Virus record (IMG/VR): IMGVR_UViG_3300048623_000041 | Span: 1 to 63,287 of that record | DNA from: a virus | DNA length: 63,287 bases | Direction: 5' to 3' (one strand) | Shown: positions 8,647 through 16,829 of the stretch, one piece after another | Layout: every line of letters begins with the position of its first letter | Position numbering within the stretch: the first letter of the stretch is position 1 | The notes under the pieces: generated by a model | Seen by the model: only the letters and a program-made list of their open reading frames with translations | What the model was told of the DNA's origin: nothing | Database searches by the model: none | Program-made: the position numbers and the translations under genes

Positions 8647-9134
8647 TTCCCCGCCCCCTTCTTCTCCACGGCGTCCATGAGCTTGTCGCCCAGTAGCGAG
8701 CGGACCTCATCGGGGAGGCGGTGTTCGATCGCGGTCTTGACCGATCCGGTGTGCTTGATCCGCTGGATATTGGTGTAGCTGTCGCCGACTTCCTTCGCCG
8801 CCTGCTCCAAACAGGCACGGGCCTCAGCGATCATGCTCTTTCGCGAGGCGGTACGCTCAAGCTCCTCGAGCCGCTTGATCCGCCATGCGCGCGACGCGAT
8901 GCGACTGCCCCGTGTTTCCTTGTCGAAGGCTTCACGGGTGAGGGTATAGCGCTGCTTCCATTTGTCGGCCAGCTTATGCGCAGCAGCCCCGGTTGGATCA
9001 TATTTGGCCACCTGATCGCGGCCGATGATGACGCCGAACTGCTCCTTGAAGGCAAGCGCAACCTCCGTCGGCGTGGCGTACATCGCCAGCTCGTCAACGA
9101 TAAATGCCTGTTGCTCGCCCGTTAATGCCGCCAA
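8643..9134 (-). CDS. Terminase small subunit candidate (DUF2280-like N-terminal HTH)
   Basis: TTG start with GGGGAG upstream. LTGEQQAFIVDELAMYATPTEVALAFKEQFG resembles DUF2280 as I recall it. It lies just upstream of terL-N. Confidence 0.5.
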   Translation of the reverse strand: MAALTGEQQAFIVDELAMYATPTEVALAFKEQFGVIIGRDQVAKYDPTGAAAHKLADKWKQRYTLTREAFDKETRGSRIASRAWRIKRLEELERTASRKSMIAEARACLEQAAKEVGDSYTNIQRIKHTGSVKTAIEHRLPDEVRSLLGDKLMDAVEKKGAGK

Positions 9135-9225
9135 AATGCCGCACTCCCCGGTGTCACAATACCACTATCGCGCAGATTGATCGACTGGCTCGATAAATCC
9201 CGTTGGTTGCGCTGGGTTGCGCCGA

Positions 9226-9861
9226 TCATGCCCGCTTCCTCCGCTCGCAAGTCCCGCACGCCATGTCGACCGCGGCGGCGCCAATGCTCGGCCCCATGTT
9301 CGCAACCCGGACCATCTCACTGACGCCGGTCGCGACAGCACCGTAGCGTTCGACGACACCCACAAACTCCTCGACATCATGCCCCCTGATGGCGAACTTT
9401 GGGGAGCCGTCGCGCCCGAACTTGGGCTGTCCATATTCATCGCGATCCTGCGCCGCGTGATAAAGCTCGTGCTCGACGACGGCGCAAAACGCCGCATCGT
9501 CCGCATGGTCGCACCACGGGGCCAGCAGCGTGATCACGAAGTCCGGGACATGCCCGAACCATTGCTCAATCTGATATTCGGCGCGCGCCCGCTGCCATTT
9601 CCCCATAGCCATCGGCGGCATGATTTCGCACTGGCCAATGATGTTGCGCCCGCCCCGGCTGTTACCGATATCGGTCCAAAGAAACCCAAGCTCTGCCTGT
9701 TGCAGATGCTCATGCGCCGGGTTGTGCAACGGCCCCGCCTCGTCAATGAACGTCCGGCGTACCCATTCCTCAACCTCTGGTGCGGGCACAAAGCCCAGCA
9801 ACGGCATATCTACCGGAGGACGAGGACGGCTGTCCCGGACGAGGCGGAGCAACTTTTTCAC
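9226..9861 (-). CDS. Putative phage metallopeptidase (HExxH)
   Basis: 211 aa with VVEHELYHA and a C-terminal CGTC. Confidence 0.6.
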   Translation of the reverse strand: MKKLLRLVRDSRPRPPVDMPLLGFVPAPEVEEWVRRTFIDEAGPLHNPAHEHLQQAELGFLWTDIGNSRGGRNIIGQCEIMPPMAMGKWQRARAEYQIEQWFGHVPDFVITLLAPWCDHADDAAFCAVVEHELYHAAQDRDEYGQPKFGRDGSPKFAIRGHDVEEFVGVVERYGAVATGVSEMVRVANMGPSIGAAAVDMACGTCERRKRA

Positions 9862-10121
9862 GCCGTCTCAAACCTCGCCAGATGCTCGCTCGGCACCGTC
9901 AACCGCAACGGCTGCTCGACGGCCCTGACCGCACGGGCGAAAGCATCCTCGCCGTGTGTGGCGGCCATACTGACGTTCCGCTGATCGATGCCGGGGGTCG
10001 CCCGCAACCTGTCGATCAGGCAGTTCCAGCACGCCTCCATCGCCAGAATATCGTTGATGAGCGCGACCTCGCCGTCATCGAGATCGCGTCTGCCAACCAC
10101 TCCTCTTCCATCAGTTTCCAT
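9858..10121 (-). CDS. Hypothetical protein
   Basis: 87-aa ORF overlapping both neighbours by a few nt. Confidence 0.5.
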   Translation of the reverse strand: METDGRGVVGRRDLDDGEVALINDILAMEACWNCLIDRLRATPGIDQRNVSMAATHGEDAFARAVRAVEQPLRLTVPSEHLARFETA

Positions 10122-10926
10122 GATTATCGTCCCCGTTGTGTCCGGCCGCCGTCATGGCGGCAGGTTCAAGTTCGTCGCCAGATGTTAACGAAGATTGCCG
10201 CGCGGTCCCTCGCATGCAATTAACCTCGTCCTGTATATCTTCTTGCAACTGTTGCATTTTTTCCTCCGATGCAGGTTCGGGGAGGGCGGCGTCGACTTCG
10301 GCCTGGGTAAGCCAGCCGTTGGCGAGGCCGATGCGGATCATCGACGGGGTCATGGCGCGGATTTCCTCGGCCGTGATTGGATCCTGATCTGCGGAGAGTG
10401 GCGGCGGCAGCGACCTCGCCATTTTTCCAGGCATGTCGATCATCTCGCGCAGTCCTCGCAAACGACGGATCGCGCGATGGTGCCGGTACATGACCTCCTC
10501 TGACTTCGCGCGGATGACGCCGTCAACCTCGTTCGGGAATCGAATCGGAACATGGATCGCCTCGCGGGCGGCCTTCACGACGCCGATCTCGGGCAGGTCC
10601 GACAGGGCCATCACCATGGCGGCCAGCCAAGCCGTGGCCTGTTCCGTTGACATCGTAGGCGCGATCTTGGCACCCATGGGCCTCAAGGCGTCGGCCAGGT
10701 TCTTTGACGTCGCCCCGTCCAGCTTCGGCTCACGCTCTTTCAGCGGCGCCAGGGATTGCTCGTATTCGGCAATCGTTCGGCCGAGATCACGGAGCCGCCC
10801 GCCATAGGCGTCGCTCACCTGCCTGTATCCCCACTCATCCGCCATCGCGAGCCGGGCAAGTTCACGGTCGGGCTGCGACCCATCCTGAAGGTCGGTCGCC
10901 TGTTCGATTGCCGTTGCCATTTCCAA
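10111..10926 (-). CDS. Hypothetical early protein
   Basis: 271-aa ORF with plausible composition, downstream of the initiator-like gene. Confidence 0.55.
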   Translation of the reverse strand: MEMATAIEQATDLQDGSQPDRELARLAMADEWGYRQVSDAYGGRLRDLGRTIAEYEQSLAPLKEREPKLDGATSKNLADALRPMGAKIAPTMSTEQATAWLAAMVMALSDLPEIGVVKAAREAIHVPIRFPNEVDGVIRAKSEEVMYRHHRAIRRLRGLREMIDMPGKMARSLPPPLSADQDPITAEEIRAMTPSMIRIGLANGWLTQAEVDAALPEPASEEKMQQLQEDIQDEVNCMRGTARQSSLTSGDELEPAAMTAAGHNGDDNHGN

Positions 10927-11575
10927 ATTTCCTGTTGTTCAAAACCCAGGTTTTCCATGCGTCCTGCCAACTGACGAACTTCGCGCCGGTCTTGGCGTGG
11001 TGGGCTCGAAAGTGTTCGAGTTGATGGTCGAGTTCGCCCGGTGGCCATCCGTCGATGACCTTCTGGGATTTAGTGGTTGGGCCGAACGGTTCGGGAGCCC
11101 AGTCTTCGGGAAGCGGTCTCGCGTGCGCGCGTGACTCGGGTTTATTATTCTCTTTCTTCCCTTCTTCCCTTTCTTGTTCTGTGTCCTGTCGCTGTCCTGG
11201 GCCTGTCCCGTCTGGCGTCTTGCCGGCTGTCTTGCCGGTCTGTTTTTCAACCTGAAATAGATCGTAATTACAGATCGTTACGACGTTAACCCCTGTCTCG
11301 CTATGCGTCTTGACCATTGTCTCGGTTTTGAGACGTGTAAAAAGCCTCTCAACCCAGCCTTTCGAGCGGTCCATAGCCTCGGCGAAATCACGGATGGAGA
11401 TGGCGAGCTGGCCGCGCTGAAGGGGGACGGACAGTCCTTTATAGCGGACGCGCACGGGCCTCCACGCGGCTCTGGCAATCATCCAGGCAAAGGCCATGGC
11501 CTCGCTATCGTTGCGGAAAGCAGGATGCCCGATCAGCGATCTGTGGAGGCGGACGTAGCCAGAATCCGAGGTCAT
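10862..11575 (-). CDS. Replication initiator-like protein (N-terminal wHTH, Lys/Glu-rich linker, C-domain)
   Basis: ORF trimmed to MTSDSGYVRLHRSLIGHPAFRNDSEAMAFAWMIARAAW..., an N-terminus I recall from prophage replication proteins. The linker region holds iteron-like repeats. Confidence 0.55.
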   Translation of the reverse strand: MTSDSGYVRLHRSLIGHPAFRNDSEAMAFAWMIARAAWRPVRVRYKGLSVPLQRGQLAISIRDFAEAMDRSKGWVERLFTRLKTETMVKTHSETGVNVVTICNYDLFQVEKQTGKTAGKTPDGTGPGQRQDTEQEREEGKKENNKPESRAHARPLPEDWAPEPFGPTTKSQKVIDGWPPGELDHQLEHFRAHHAKTGAKFVSWQDAWKTWVLNNRKFGNGNGNRTGDRPSGWVAARP

Positions 11576-12099
11576 GGCGCCTCGCGCATTTCTTGCGTAA
11601 GCCTCCATACGTGGTCGGCTATCTCTGCTATGCAGCTTTCGACATCGGCATATAACTCAGAGCCCGCAAAACGCAGGACGGTGATCCGACACGATGTCAT
11701 GAATCGATCACGCCGCTTGTCGTGACGCGCTTGGTCTTTTGTGCGCTCGTGGAACTCGTGACCGTCGCACTCGACTACCACTAGGCGCCGATTTCTACCC
11801 TCATTGATGTCCAATAAAAAGTCGGCACGAAATTTCCCCACACTTGCCTGCATGTGCACATCAATGCCGTCGCCAGGCATTGTGGGAGCTTCGTCATGTT
11901 CAAAACCTGGCCGCGTGAAATACGATATCCGCGTGCCGGCGGACATGTATCCCGGCGCAAAAGCCATCAACCCGGCTAACAAAATTTCTTCTATAGGGCT
12001 TTGGCAGGCGACCTTGGTAAACTCGAATCTGCGGCGGAACACGGCCGCGCGAGCATCAGCGGCGGCTTCAATGATCGACTGAGCGCGATTTTCACTCAC
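11572..12099 (-). CDS. DUF559/Vsr-like PD-(D/E)xK endonuclease
   Basis: FRADFLL...RRLVVVECDGHEFHERTKDQARHDKRRDRFM...ITVLRF. The DNA is locally more A/T-rich. Confidence 0.65.
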   Translation of the reverse strand: MSENRAQSIIEAAADARAAVFRRRFEFTKVACQSPIEEILLAGLMAFAPGYMSAGTRISYFTRPGFEHDEAPTMPGDGIDVHMQASVGKFRADFLLDINEGRNRRLVVVECDGHEFHERTKDQARHDKRRDRFMTSCRITVLRFAGSELYADVESCIAEIADHVWRLTQEMREAP

Positions 12100-12272
12100 C
12101 CCGCCCTCCGCGCCCGCTCAGCCCCAACGATCGCAATGGCCTCGCTGCGCAGGATCCCGAAGCTCTCGACGAGCCGCATCCACGCATCGGTCATTTCGAG
12201 CGCGGCTGGTCCCATGCGCTCGACGGCGGACTGGGCCATTTCACGGGCGGCTGCGGGGTTTGGGCGGCTCAT
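12096..12272 (-). CDS. Small hypothetical protein (58 aa)
   Basis: This is the C-terminal part of track ORF 12096..12566. ATG 12272 overlaps the stop of 12269..12517 (ATGA). Confidence 0.4.
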   Translation of the reverse strand: MSRPNPAAAREMAQSAVERMGPAALEMTDAWMRLVESFGILRSEAIAIVGAERARRAG

Positions 12273-12517
12273 GCCCAGTTCGCCTTGATCGCGCACCATA
12301 CCGAGCGGCCGTTGAACAGCCGCCGCAGCGTGTAGGATCGGACGAGGGAAATGATCGTGTAGATCACACCGAGCGCGGCATTGTGGCCCACGGACAGCGG
12401 ATGTCCGGTCGCCCAAGGGATGAATATCGAATTGGCCACCATGCTGATCGCGAGGCCGATCGCGATGTTGGTCAGGCTTTCCATGAAGCTGTCGGCGCGG
12501 GACTGGTGCTCGCTCAT
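12269..12517 (-). CDS. Small membrane protein
   Basis: 82 aa with two hydrophobic segments. Overlaps both neighbours by 4 nt. Confidence 0.55.
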   Translation of the reverse strand: MSEHQSRADSFMESLTNIAIGLAISMVANSIFIPWATGHPLSVGHNAALGVIYTIISLVRSYTLRRLFNGRSVWCAIKANWA

Positions 12518-13125
12518 ACGGCCTCACCGAATTTACTGGTTTGATTTCCCCATACATCCCAGCCAAGCCGCCCTTCGCGGGCGAACATCTCGAGATATGG
12601 TCCTGCGACTAGTGCCTCAATGCGACGATGTGTTTCATCCGGCTTCCGGCTATGCTCTCGACGTGGTTCAATTATGGTCTGACGCACACCCTTCGACAGG
12701 CGGCGAGGACTTCCCCGCGTGAACAGCCAGCACGGCTCAACCTGCTTGCGCGTCCAATATCCGAACCCCATGCGGGGCTCCGCGATGTCGTTGGAGAACA
12801 TGTCGATTTGGTCGGCGTCGATCAGGCGCTGCTTGATCCAGTAGAAGGCGTCGGTCTTGAACGTAAAGCCCCATGCCGCGGCCAGTTCTATGGATTCCGC
12901 CAGATGCGAACCAACGATCCACATAAACAAGGCGCAATCCCTGGCGGCAATATCACCGACTGGAAGGGCCTTCATTTCCGCCAATTCCATGGTCCGGTAA
13001 TGATCTTCAGCGCAACGATGGGGTGTCATGTTCTCGCCCGAGAAGGTCCGAAACGCCCACGGGGGATCTGCGAGTATGACGCTATAATGATTGCGGGAAA
13101 GATCGGCGAAGGGATCGGTCAGCAT
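12514..13125 (-). CDS. MT-A70 family N6-adenine DNA methyltransferase
   Basis: ILADPPWAF (DPPW motif), about 200 aa. Confidence 0.85.
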   Translation of the reverse strand: MLTDPFADLSRNHYSVILADPPWAFRTFSGENMTPHRCAEDHYRTMELAEMKALPVGDIAARDCALFMWIVGSHLAESIELAAAWGFTFKTDAFYWIKQRLIDADQIDMFSNDIAEPRMGFGYWTRKQVEPCWLFTRGSPRRLSKGVRQTIIEPRREHSRKPDETHRRIEALVAGPYLEMFAREGRLGWDVWGNQTSKFGEAV

Positions 13126-13286
13126 GCCTGCGCCCCCAACCCTTGCCGGATGCGAAAGATGATCCCGTTGACCTGGTTCTTGGTCAGCCCGAGCGCGGTC
13201 GCGATCTGGGGCGGGGTGAATCCCTCGGCCATGTGCTCGGCGACGCTGTCGACAAGGCCGGGATTGGCGTTGCTGTTGCGGCTCAT
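13119..13286 (-). CDS. GcrA-like HTH mini-protein (55 aa)
   Basis: Own translation: MSRNSNANPGLVDSVAEHMAEGFTPPQIATALGLTKNQVNGIIFRIRQGLGAQAC. It resembles the GcrA N-terminal DNA-binding domain. Its last codons overlap the MT-A70 start. Confidence 0.5.
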   Translation of the reverse strand: MSRNSNANPGLVDSVAEHMAEGFTPPQIATALGLTKNQVNGIIFRIRQGLGAQAC

Positions 13287-13651
13287 CCGATCACCTCGAC
13301 CTTCCAGCCGCCACCGTCGCGCTTAGGGACCGGGTAAGCGACCTTGAACAAAAACGGGTAGACGTCCGCCGCGATCTTCATCTTCGCCTTGGCGTCATCA
13401 GCGAAGATCGCGGGCGAGCCCTTCACATCGATCATCTCCAGCACGCCGCTGAGGGGCAGCACCGCGAAATCGACGGTCAGGAAGGTGTTGTCGGCGAGCC
13501 GGAGCTTGATGCCCTCGAATTTGTACCAGAGGATTTCGCCGGCCAGCATCTGCAGGCGCAGGACGTCGTCATACGCTTTCTCGGTCTTGTTCTGCTCGCC
13601 GGTTTTCAGCCGACCGAGTGCGAAATGCTTGTTGCCGCCGCGCCAGTTCAT
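13283..13651 (-). CDS. DUF1064-like (PD-(D/E)xK, resolvase-like) protein
   Basis: Trimmed to MNWRGGNKHFALGRLKTGEQNKTEKAYDDVLRLQMLAGEI...VDFAVL...EMIDVKG. Confidence 0.55.
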   Translation of the reverse strand: MNWRGGNKHFALGRLKTGEQNKTEKAYDDVLRLQMLAGEILWYKFEGIKLRLADNTFLTVDFAVLPLSGVLEMIDVKGSPAIFADDAKAKMKIAADVYPFLFKVAYPVPKRDGGGWKVEVIG

Positions 13652-13983
13652 CCCACTGTCTCCGGCGCCTTCTTCCGCTTCCGGACGAGCATGGTGAACT
13701 CGTCTTCGGCGGGGCGGATTTTCCTGAACCCGACGCACTCATAGGGATTGGACTTGCCGACGAAGCGCAGCCAATACGCGCGATATCCCCGTTTCTGGTC
13801 AACCGCGTCCTCCACCGAGGAGACACGCAGCACGTCGCCTTTTCTGGGGTCGAACGCATCCACGGTGGGTAGCCACTCGTCATTGACGCAGACGGCCAAA
13901 TCGCCGGGCGCCCAATCCTCGTTGAGATTGCGGTGGTCAGAGATTGCAGGCGGCGCGGGTTTGCGGCGAAACGGCCAGATCAT
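13648..13983 (-). CDS. Hypothetical protein
   Basis: 111-aa ORF, tightly packed. Confidence 0.5.
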   Translation of the reverse strand: MIWPFRRKPAPPAISDHRNLNEDWAPGDLAVCVNDEWLPTVDAFDPRKGDVLRVSSVEDAVDQKRGYRAYWLRFVGKSNPYECVGFRKIRPAEDEFTMLVRKRKKAPETVG

Positions 13984-14220
13984 TCACACCCCCATCAATG
14001 GATCGTGGCGGGCCGCCCGACGGGTGCCATGCCCACGTGTGGACGCCTGCGACCTGGTCGGACGCGCGGCCTTGCGCTGGGCGAGACGGGCCTCGGTCCA
14101 GCGGTCGGCCTCGTCCACGGATGCGAACGACAGCGCCGGGAGATGGGCGGCGGGAAGCGGCTGCTCGCTATGGAACAGCCGCCCCGCGACCCGGCGAAGG
14201 TGCTGGAGTGCCCCTCGCAT
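13984..14220 (-). CDS. Hypothetical protein
   Basis: 78-aa ORF filling the gap exactly. GC-rich third codon positions. Confidence 0.4.
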   Translation of the reverse strand: MRGALQHLRRVAGRLFHSEQPLPAAHLPALSFASVDEADRWTEARLAQRKAARPTRSQASTRGHGTRRAARHDPLMGV

Positions 14221-14225
14221 GGGAG

Positions 14226-15185
14226 TTAGGACTCTGGAGAGCCAAGAAACAGCGGCAGGCCAGTCTCATCACGAGCTCGCGTAACCGCCTCGATGAAGGC
14301 GTCGTCGAACGCGCGATCGGCGCGCCACAGTTGGTAGAAGAATACCGGACGGCCATCCTTGATGCGGTAACGCAGGCGTGCAGCGAGGCGGTAGGCTGGT
14401 CCATTGTTGAAGATCGGGATCGTTATCAGGAACATGCTCGGGATGCTCACCGGGCCGCCGGTCTCGGGGTTTTCGTGGCGGGTCTGGAAGATGATCTGCC
14501 CTTCGCCAGACGTCAGATTTGCATGTTGGGCGACGTTCGCCACCTCGTTGATCTTCAGGCCCTGAGACAAACCAACCAACGCGGTTGGCGTCGCAATCCG
14601 GCCACTTCCGCCCGTGACAGCGGTGATATACCGCTGAAGGTCGGCCGAGATTTCCAGCGAGACGTCGGGGTCGACGACGTCAATGATACGGTCTTCAAGA
14701 AAGGCCGCGAACTCGGCCATAGCCATGAGTTTGTCGTTCTGCGCGACCCATGCCTGCCATTCGTCCGACAGCGGGAACACATAATGGCCGCGATGATCCC
14801 CGAAGCGCGGAGTCGCCTTGACGGCGGCCTTGTCCTCGGGGGTGGTTCCGTTGTTATAGTTCAGGATGGAGGTGATCGACGGACGCTCGCGCTTGTCGAT
14901 CGCAAACAGTGCGCTTTGGTCATCGGAAAAGCGGTTGGTCCATGCAATGAAGCTATCGAGACTGGTGAGGCTGGCCATACCCTTCAGTCGTTTCGGGGCG
15001 TCTCGAAACTGGTCGAACCATTCTGGATTCACCGGCTGGACACGGGCTCCGGCAAGCACGAGCGCGCTTTTGACACCCGTGCCCGGCTCCGCGATCGAAA
15101 TAACCTTCGGGTCGACATATGCTTCGACTAGGCTGCGGACCTCTTGAACAAGGCCGTCCGCCTCAACATTTGCAGTATCAGACAT
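14226..15185 (-). CDS. DUF2303 (YfdQ-like) protein
   Basis: 319 aa. Overall pattern recalled from phage early regions. Memory-based call. Confidence 0.5.
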   Translation of the reverse strand: MSDTANVEADGLVQEVRSLVEAYVDPKVISIAEPGTGVKSALVLAGARVQPVNPEWFDQFRDAPKRLKGMASLTSLDSFIAWTNRFSDDQSALFAIDKRERPSITSILNYNNGTTPEDKAAVKATPRFGDHRGHYVFPLSDEWQAWVAQNDKLMAMAEFAAFLEDRIIDVVDPDVSLEISADLQRYITAVTGGSGRIATPTALVGLSQGLKINEVANVAQHANLTSGEGQIIFQTRHENPETGGPVSIPSMFLITIPIFNNGPAYRLAARLRYRIKDGRPVFFYQLWRADRAFDDAFIEAVTRARDETGLPLFLGSPES

Positions 15186-15207
15186 ATCTATCTTCCTTTT
15201 ATGGGGG

Positions 15208-15600
15208 TCACATCACGTCGCGGACTGCGGATCCGCCGCTGACATCACGCATGCCGAACAGCTGGCCCTGATAGGGTCGGTTGGGCGTGAAGCGGTTGTC
15301 TTCGGTGGTCCACATGGGGGTGCGCGGACGCTTCGGCGCTTCCGCCTTCACCGCATGGGTCGGTGCGAGATAGAAGACCGCGCCCTCCATCGTGAACTTG
15401 ATCTTGATGGTCAGCTCGCCCTTGGCCTTGCCGCCGGACTGAATGGCAGTCGCGTGCATATCCGCCGCGAGTTCCTTCAGATCTTCGTACACATCCGCAG
15501 AAAACTGCCCGTCTTCCAGGATGTTTATGAATTCGCCGAGTGTCGACGCGGCAGGCATGAGGTGAGCGCCGTCTGCGGCGCGCGTAGTGTCGTCAGACAT
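15208..15600 (-). CDS. Hypothetical early protein
   Basis: 130-aa ORF. Confidence 0.55.
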   Translation of the reverse strand: MSDDTTRAADGAHLMPAASTLGEFINILEDGQFSADVYEDLKELAADMHATAIQSGGKAKGELTIKIKFTMEGAVFYLAPTHAVKAEAPKRPRTPMWTTEDNRFTPNRPYQGQLFGMRDVSGGSAVRDVM

Positions 15601-15855
15601 GAGGGGTCCTTTCTTTCGCTTTAAGGCTCATCAACGCGAGCCGGATACGCGCCCGGATCAGCCGGGAACGGTGGTCGTGGGTGCGACGTTGACGGCCATC
15701 GGAAGTCAAATGAACCGCGTACCCTGCAGCCCCGCCCCTCCCTGAAACGCCCGCAAGGTCCGTGGCATCGCCACAACCGGCCGACGCTGGCCGCCCTGTG
15801 CTAGAGACGCCGTCGCGGTCGCCTCCGGAGTTTAGGGCGGGAATTTCTGTCGAGA

Positions 15856-16275
15856 TCATGCGGCCATGCTCCCGCAGACACGGGTGCAGCGGGCACAAAG
15901 GCCAGCCTCCCCAAGCCCTGCGACCTTCCGGCATCGTGGACAGGCGCCGCCCGCGGCCTTGAACAGCAGCGCGGCAACGCGGGGCGCATCATCATCAGGT
16001 CGCTCGGCCTCGAACGCCGCCGGGGGCATCGGACCAGTGCCGACGCACGCGCTGAATTCGATCTGGGAAACGCCACAGATGTCGGCCATGTCGGCCTGGC
16101 GCGAGAACAGGGCAGAGATCGTCGGGTCATCGGTGTAGAGGCCGATCGACGCGTTCAGCGGGTTGGACAGGACGCCGTTGCGCTTCCCATCCTCGACCGC
16201 GAGCATCGCGGCCCGTCGCGCCATGTGCATGACGGCGCCCCATTCGGCGATCGAGATGCCGAACCCCGTTACCAC
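15856..16275 (-). CDS. Hypothetical protein with a C-terminal Cys4 motif
   Basis: 139 aa, GTG start, CPRC...CARC near the C-terminus. Confidence 0.5.
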   Translation of the reverse strand: MVTGFGISIAEWGAVMHMARRAAMLAVEDGKRNGVLSNPLNASIGLYTDDPTISALFSRQADMADICGVSQIEFSACVGTGPMPPAAFEAERPDDDAPRVAALLFKAAGGACPRCRKVAGLGEAGLCARCTRVCGSMAA

Positions 16276-16433
16276 CAGCGATCCTCACCGATCTGCCGGT
16301 CGAGCCACGCCTGCGCGCTTTCGCTGAGACCTTCGATGGACTGGATGATGATGATCGCGAAGATGTAGAGACCAACAGCAAGCGAGCCGTAGGCGGCGAT
16401 GGCCGCGATCCAGTAGAGGACCCCCCAGAGCAT
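16269..16433 (-). CDS. Small membrane peptide (54 aa)
   Basis: Own translation: MLWGVLYWIAAIAAYGSLAVGLYIFAIIIIQSIEGL.... It fills the gap between two genes. Confidence 0.4.
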   Translation of the reverse strand: MLWGVLYWIAAIAAYGSLAVGLYIFAIIIIQSIEGLSESAQAWLDRQIGEDRWW

Positions 16434-16436
16434 CGT

Positions 16437-16742
16437 CTAGGCCGCCTGTTCGGGCTGGGGGTGAAGGTGCTGATCCACCCAATCCTGGGCGCGTACATAT
16501 TCGTCTGGTGGAACGCTCTCGGGATCAATGCCGAGCTCTGTGGCGACAATCTTGCGCGTCGCCATCTCTATCAAATGAATCCACTCCGGCGGGGTGACAT
16601 GCACACCATCGCGGTACTTCTGGATTTTCTGGGACTTGTTTTGGCCCGGCTCCAGCTGCGTACTGGCCTCCGCTGCGCAGAGGTCATAAAAAGCGACCAT
16701 GTTTAGCATCGGGCGGGCGGCGAGAAAGGGTCTGAGCTGCAT
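16437..16742 (-). CDS. Cro/YdaS-like regulator, divergent from the repressor
   Basis: Trimmed to ATG 16742, because the track ORF start lies inside the operator. KYRDGVHVTPPEWIHLIEMATRKIVATELGIDPE resembles the YdaS/Cro family. Confidence 0.55.
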   Translation of the reverse strand: MQLRPFLAARPMLNMVAFYDLCAAEASTQLEPGQNKSQKIQKYRDGVHVTPPEWIHLIEMATRKIVATELGIDPESVPPDEYVRAQDWVDQHLHPQPEQAA

Positions 16743-16753
16743 AGACAATAAAA

Positions 16754-16770
16754 TTATCTTAATACGATAT
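16754..16770. promoter_or_regulatory. Operator-like dyad site A1: TTATCTTAATACGATAT
   Basis: Lies in the cro-like/cI-like divergent region. A TTGACA on the minus strand (16778-16773) sits 2 nt away. The site is 19/19 identical to the copy at 17649. Confidence 0.7.
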
Positions 16771-16790
16771 TTTGTCAATGCCTCTCATTG

Positions 16791-16805
16791 ATCTTATCAC
16801 GATAC
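16791..16805. promoter_or_regulatory. Operator-like site A2: ATCTTATCACGATAC
   Basis: Degenerate copy (about 13/16) 36 nt from A1, upstream of the repressor start. Confidence 0.5.
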
Positions 16806-16829
16806 GACTGTACGGCGCCGCTCGCGTAT

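Noticed and set aside
15593-15860. Possible 88-aa ORF filling the 255-nt gap between 15856..16275 and 15208..15600 (ATGA-coupled start).
   Set aside because: Third-position GC looked lower than in confident genes, and the composition is Arg/Gly-rich. The gap may instead hold regulatory RNA or structure. I left it unannotated.
16754-16770. Reading the recurring TAATACGA... motif as a T7-type single-subunit RNA polymerase promoter (T7 consensus starts TAATACGAC).
   Set aside because: The resemblance covers only 8 nt. I found no phage RNA polymerase gene. The sites are dyad-symmetric and sit next to sigma-70-like TTGAC(A/G) hexamers, which fits repressor operators better.
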